DNA from: Naegleria gruberi
Taxonomy: Eukaryota
Assembly: GCA_000004985.1 (NCBI GenBank)
Contig: GG738870.1
DNA length: 64,000 nucleotides
Direction: 5' to 3' (one strand)
Shown one piece after another: positions 62,209 to 64,000 of the stretch. The notes below the pieces were generated by a model. The model was not told where the DNA came from. It did no database searches and saw only the letters and a program-made list of their open reading frames with translations. Within the stretch, counting starts at the first letter, position 1. Each line of letters starts with the position of its first letter. A program made the position numbers and the translations under genes.

Positions 62209-63231
62209 TTACTGATACACTCGAATGATACAAGCTTGTTGATCGACAACATAGAGTAGTCCAGATTGATCGTCATAGAAAATTCCAAATGGATGGAGAT
62301 GTTCCTCGTGGTGAATTTTAATTTCACACTCCTGCAACAAGTCCCAAACAACAATCCTCTTATTTCCATAATCTGAGATGTAAATTCTATGTTGACTCAA
62401 TTCTTTTGCAACCGAAAGTGGATGTTTCCAAGGATTTTGTACTTGAAACATGTCTGAGTTTTCACATTTGCCATCGGTTAATGTAATTTTAAAGACCATA
62501 TTAGATTCGTGATTGAGAGCAATGAATTCTGAATTTGAAATGGCAAACAGTCCAGGAGAATCACATAATGACAGGACTGGATATTTGGCCAATAGAGAAC
62601 CATCACAATCTCTATGAGCATTTAATCCTTGTGCATCATTGTTCCATCTCAATACTACCTTTTCCTTTCTACTTGCATCATGTATTACCATTATAGATCC
62701 AGACAGTTTTTCAGAAATCTTCCACATGGGCTCTATATCTTTCAACTTTACTTGTGCATGTTCAACCAATTTGGCAATATTAAATTTAAAAGTAATTCCA
62801 TTATCTCCAAAATAAATATATTCATTTCCAGCACTATCAGACTCAATCCAAAAATCAGTGACACTCTCTTCCAAAGTAAATTCAGTCCTCAATTGATAAT
62901 TATCCAAATTGAGAAATACTATTCTATCATTATGATCATCAGCAATTACAAGACAACCATGATGGCGAGCAATTTTAATATCGGAAGGATAATGAAGTTT
63001 CAACTTTTTGTCTTGATCAGAAACTTCTTCCACATCTCCATCCTCGGTAATAACAGGCCTTTGATAGCCAATCGTTTTGTGGGGAGTAAATTGCATGGAG
63101 AAGGTTTTGCTCTTTTTGTTGGACGAAAGTTTTTCACGAAGTTTAGCATAGAGAGGATTGCAGACTTCGGATTGATTGAAATCAAAGAAGGTGAAAGAAA
63201 CTTTATCTTCATCATTATCGTGATTGATCAT
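62209..63231 (-). CDS. NHL-repeat beta-propeller protein
   Basis: ATG start. Repeated blade-like units with hydrophobic–Asp–x–x–Asn–x–Arg–(I/V)–x–(V/F) signatures (CLVIADDHNDRIVFLNL, HRIYISDYGNKRIVVWDL, LLYVVDQQACIIRVYQ). The downstream minus-strand ORFs 61745..62127 may be further 3' exons. Confidence 0.5.
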   Translation of the reverse strand: MINHDNDEDKVSFTFFDFNQSEVCNPLYAKLREKLSSNKKSKTFSMQFTPHKTIGYQRPVITEDGDVEEVSDQDKKLKLHYPSDIKIARHHGCLVIADDHNDRIVFLNLDNYQLRTEFTLEESVTDFWIESDSAGNEYIYFGDNGITFKFNIAKLVEHAQVKLKDIEPMWKISEKLSGSIMVIHDASRKEKVVLRWNNDAQGLNAHRDCDGSLLAKYPVLSLCDSPGLFAISNSEFIALNHESNMVFKITLTDGKCENSDMFQVQNPWKHPLSVAKELSQHRIYISDYGNKRIVVWDLLQECEIKIHHEEHLHPFGIFYDDQSGLLYVVDQQACIIRVYQ

Positions 63232-63489
63232 TTTTTTTGTTTTAAAACGTTGATGATTACATTAATTTTGTAAATAATTTCATCAAATAATCTTTCTAAT
63301 TTTATTCAATATATTGTTTTAATGTTCTTTCTTGACAATTTCCATTTTACATTTTGTAATAGTAATATATTATTGTAATATTCATTATAGTTAAAGGTTA
63401 ACCAGCAAAGATGCTATTACTTCCAAATTGGTGCTCGAAAACGTAGAGTACCTGTGAATGTTGAATTCATGAACCATTTTCTTTCAGCT

Positions 63490-63960
63490 TCATACAATCA
63501 TGCAATTATTTGTTGAGTCCATCAAATGGCTTTGACTTGCAGATTTAACTCTATTGTTAATGGCCATCCTTTCAAAGTACTGTAATCTTTGGACACTCAA
63601 AGGTTTAAAATTGACTTTGAGATTTGGGAATAGATGGAAAAGGTTTGGATTAACTGAGAGAACATTTTCTAATATTTTCTCATCAAGATACACATCTTTC
63701 AATAATGCACATTCTACCAGATTTGGATCAACCTTGAAAATTGATTGAAGATGTTCACGAGAGGATAGCAGATTAGTTAATTGGCCAATATTAAATTCAC
63801 TAAATATATTTGGATTCGCTTTAAAACATTTGACAAGCAAGTCATTGGATAATCCATGTAAAAAAATAAGAATTTTAGGATTTTTCAATATAAGTTCAAA
63901 TATTAATTCCTCATCCAGAACTACTTCCTCAAGAAATTGTCTACTAAATGAAAATAACAA
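63490..63960 (-). CDS. hypothetical protein (leucine-rich), probably incomplete at window edge
   Basis: 156-aa ORF with regular Leu spacing (…LxxLxNLxxL…). Confidence 0.2.
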   Translation of the reverse strand: MLFSFSRQFLEEVVLDEELIFELILKNPKILIFLHGLSNDLLVKCFKANPNIFSEFNIGQLTNLLSSREHLQSIFKVDPNLVECALLKDVYLDEKILENVLSVNPNLFHLFPNLKVNFKPLSVQRLQYFERMAINNRVKSASQSHLMDSTNNCMIV

Positions 63961-64000
63961 AATTGAATCTTAATTGCCTTACGAAACAGATTCTTATGAT

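Noticed and set aside
1-64000. Prokaryotic defence island or operon interpretation of the window
   Set aside because: Genes contain GT…AG introns and tRNAs carry canonical 37/38 introns with oligo-T terminators. Domain repertoire (formin, RasGEF, RGS, DHHC, F-box, RCC1) and AT-rich intergenic structure are eukaryotic. No restriction-modification, toxin–antitoxin, cas or phage-type genes were seen.

Overview
This window looks like AT-rich (roughly two-thirds A+T) eukaryotic nuclear DNA, not prokaryotic. It carries spliceosomal introns with GTAAGT/GTTTGT…AG boundaries, mostly about 40–80 nt. It has intron-containing tRNA genes followed by oligo-T Pol III terminators, and many eukaryote-specific proteins (formin, RasGEF, RGS, DHHC, F-box, RCC1, actin family). 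The gene content and compactness best fit an amoebozoan (dictyostelid-like) protist, but this is inference only. TAA, TAG and TGA all behave as stop codons, so the standard code applies. The supplied ORF track uses alternative start codons (TTG, GTG, CTG shown as M), so many listed ORF starts are not real ATG starts; several were re-set to the first plausible ATG. I call about 35 protein-coding genes on both strands. They include two divergent actin-like proteins, a Fic-domain gene, two polytopic-membrane–RGS paralogs, a formin, a RasGEF, a DHHC palmitoyltransferase, a PHB-depolymerase-family esterase with two introns, a receptor-like protein with a degenerate class III nucleotide-cyclase homology domain, a candidate MACPF protein with three C-terminal tandem repeats, and a tandem kinase pair. 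Four tRNA genes are present: an identical inverted pair of tRNA-Cys(GCA) with a 17-nt intron, tRNA-Val(AAC), and an intron-containing tRNA-Thr(UGU). There are two small terminal-inverted-repeat (TIR) non-autonomous elements (MITEs). One is flanked by TA. The other is hAT-like with an 8-bp target-site duplication (TSD) and sits inside the catalytic-loop codons of the second, degenerate kinase paralog; deleting it restores the reading frame exactly. There are no CRISPR arrays or operon-like prokaryotic structures. All coordinates inferred by hand (intron boundaries, element ends) may be off by ±1–2 nt.
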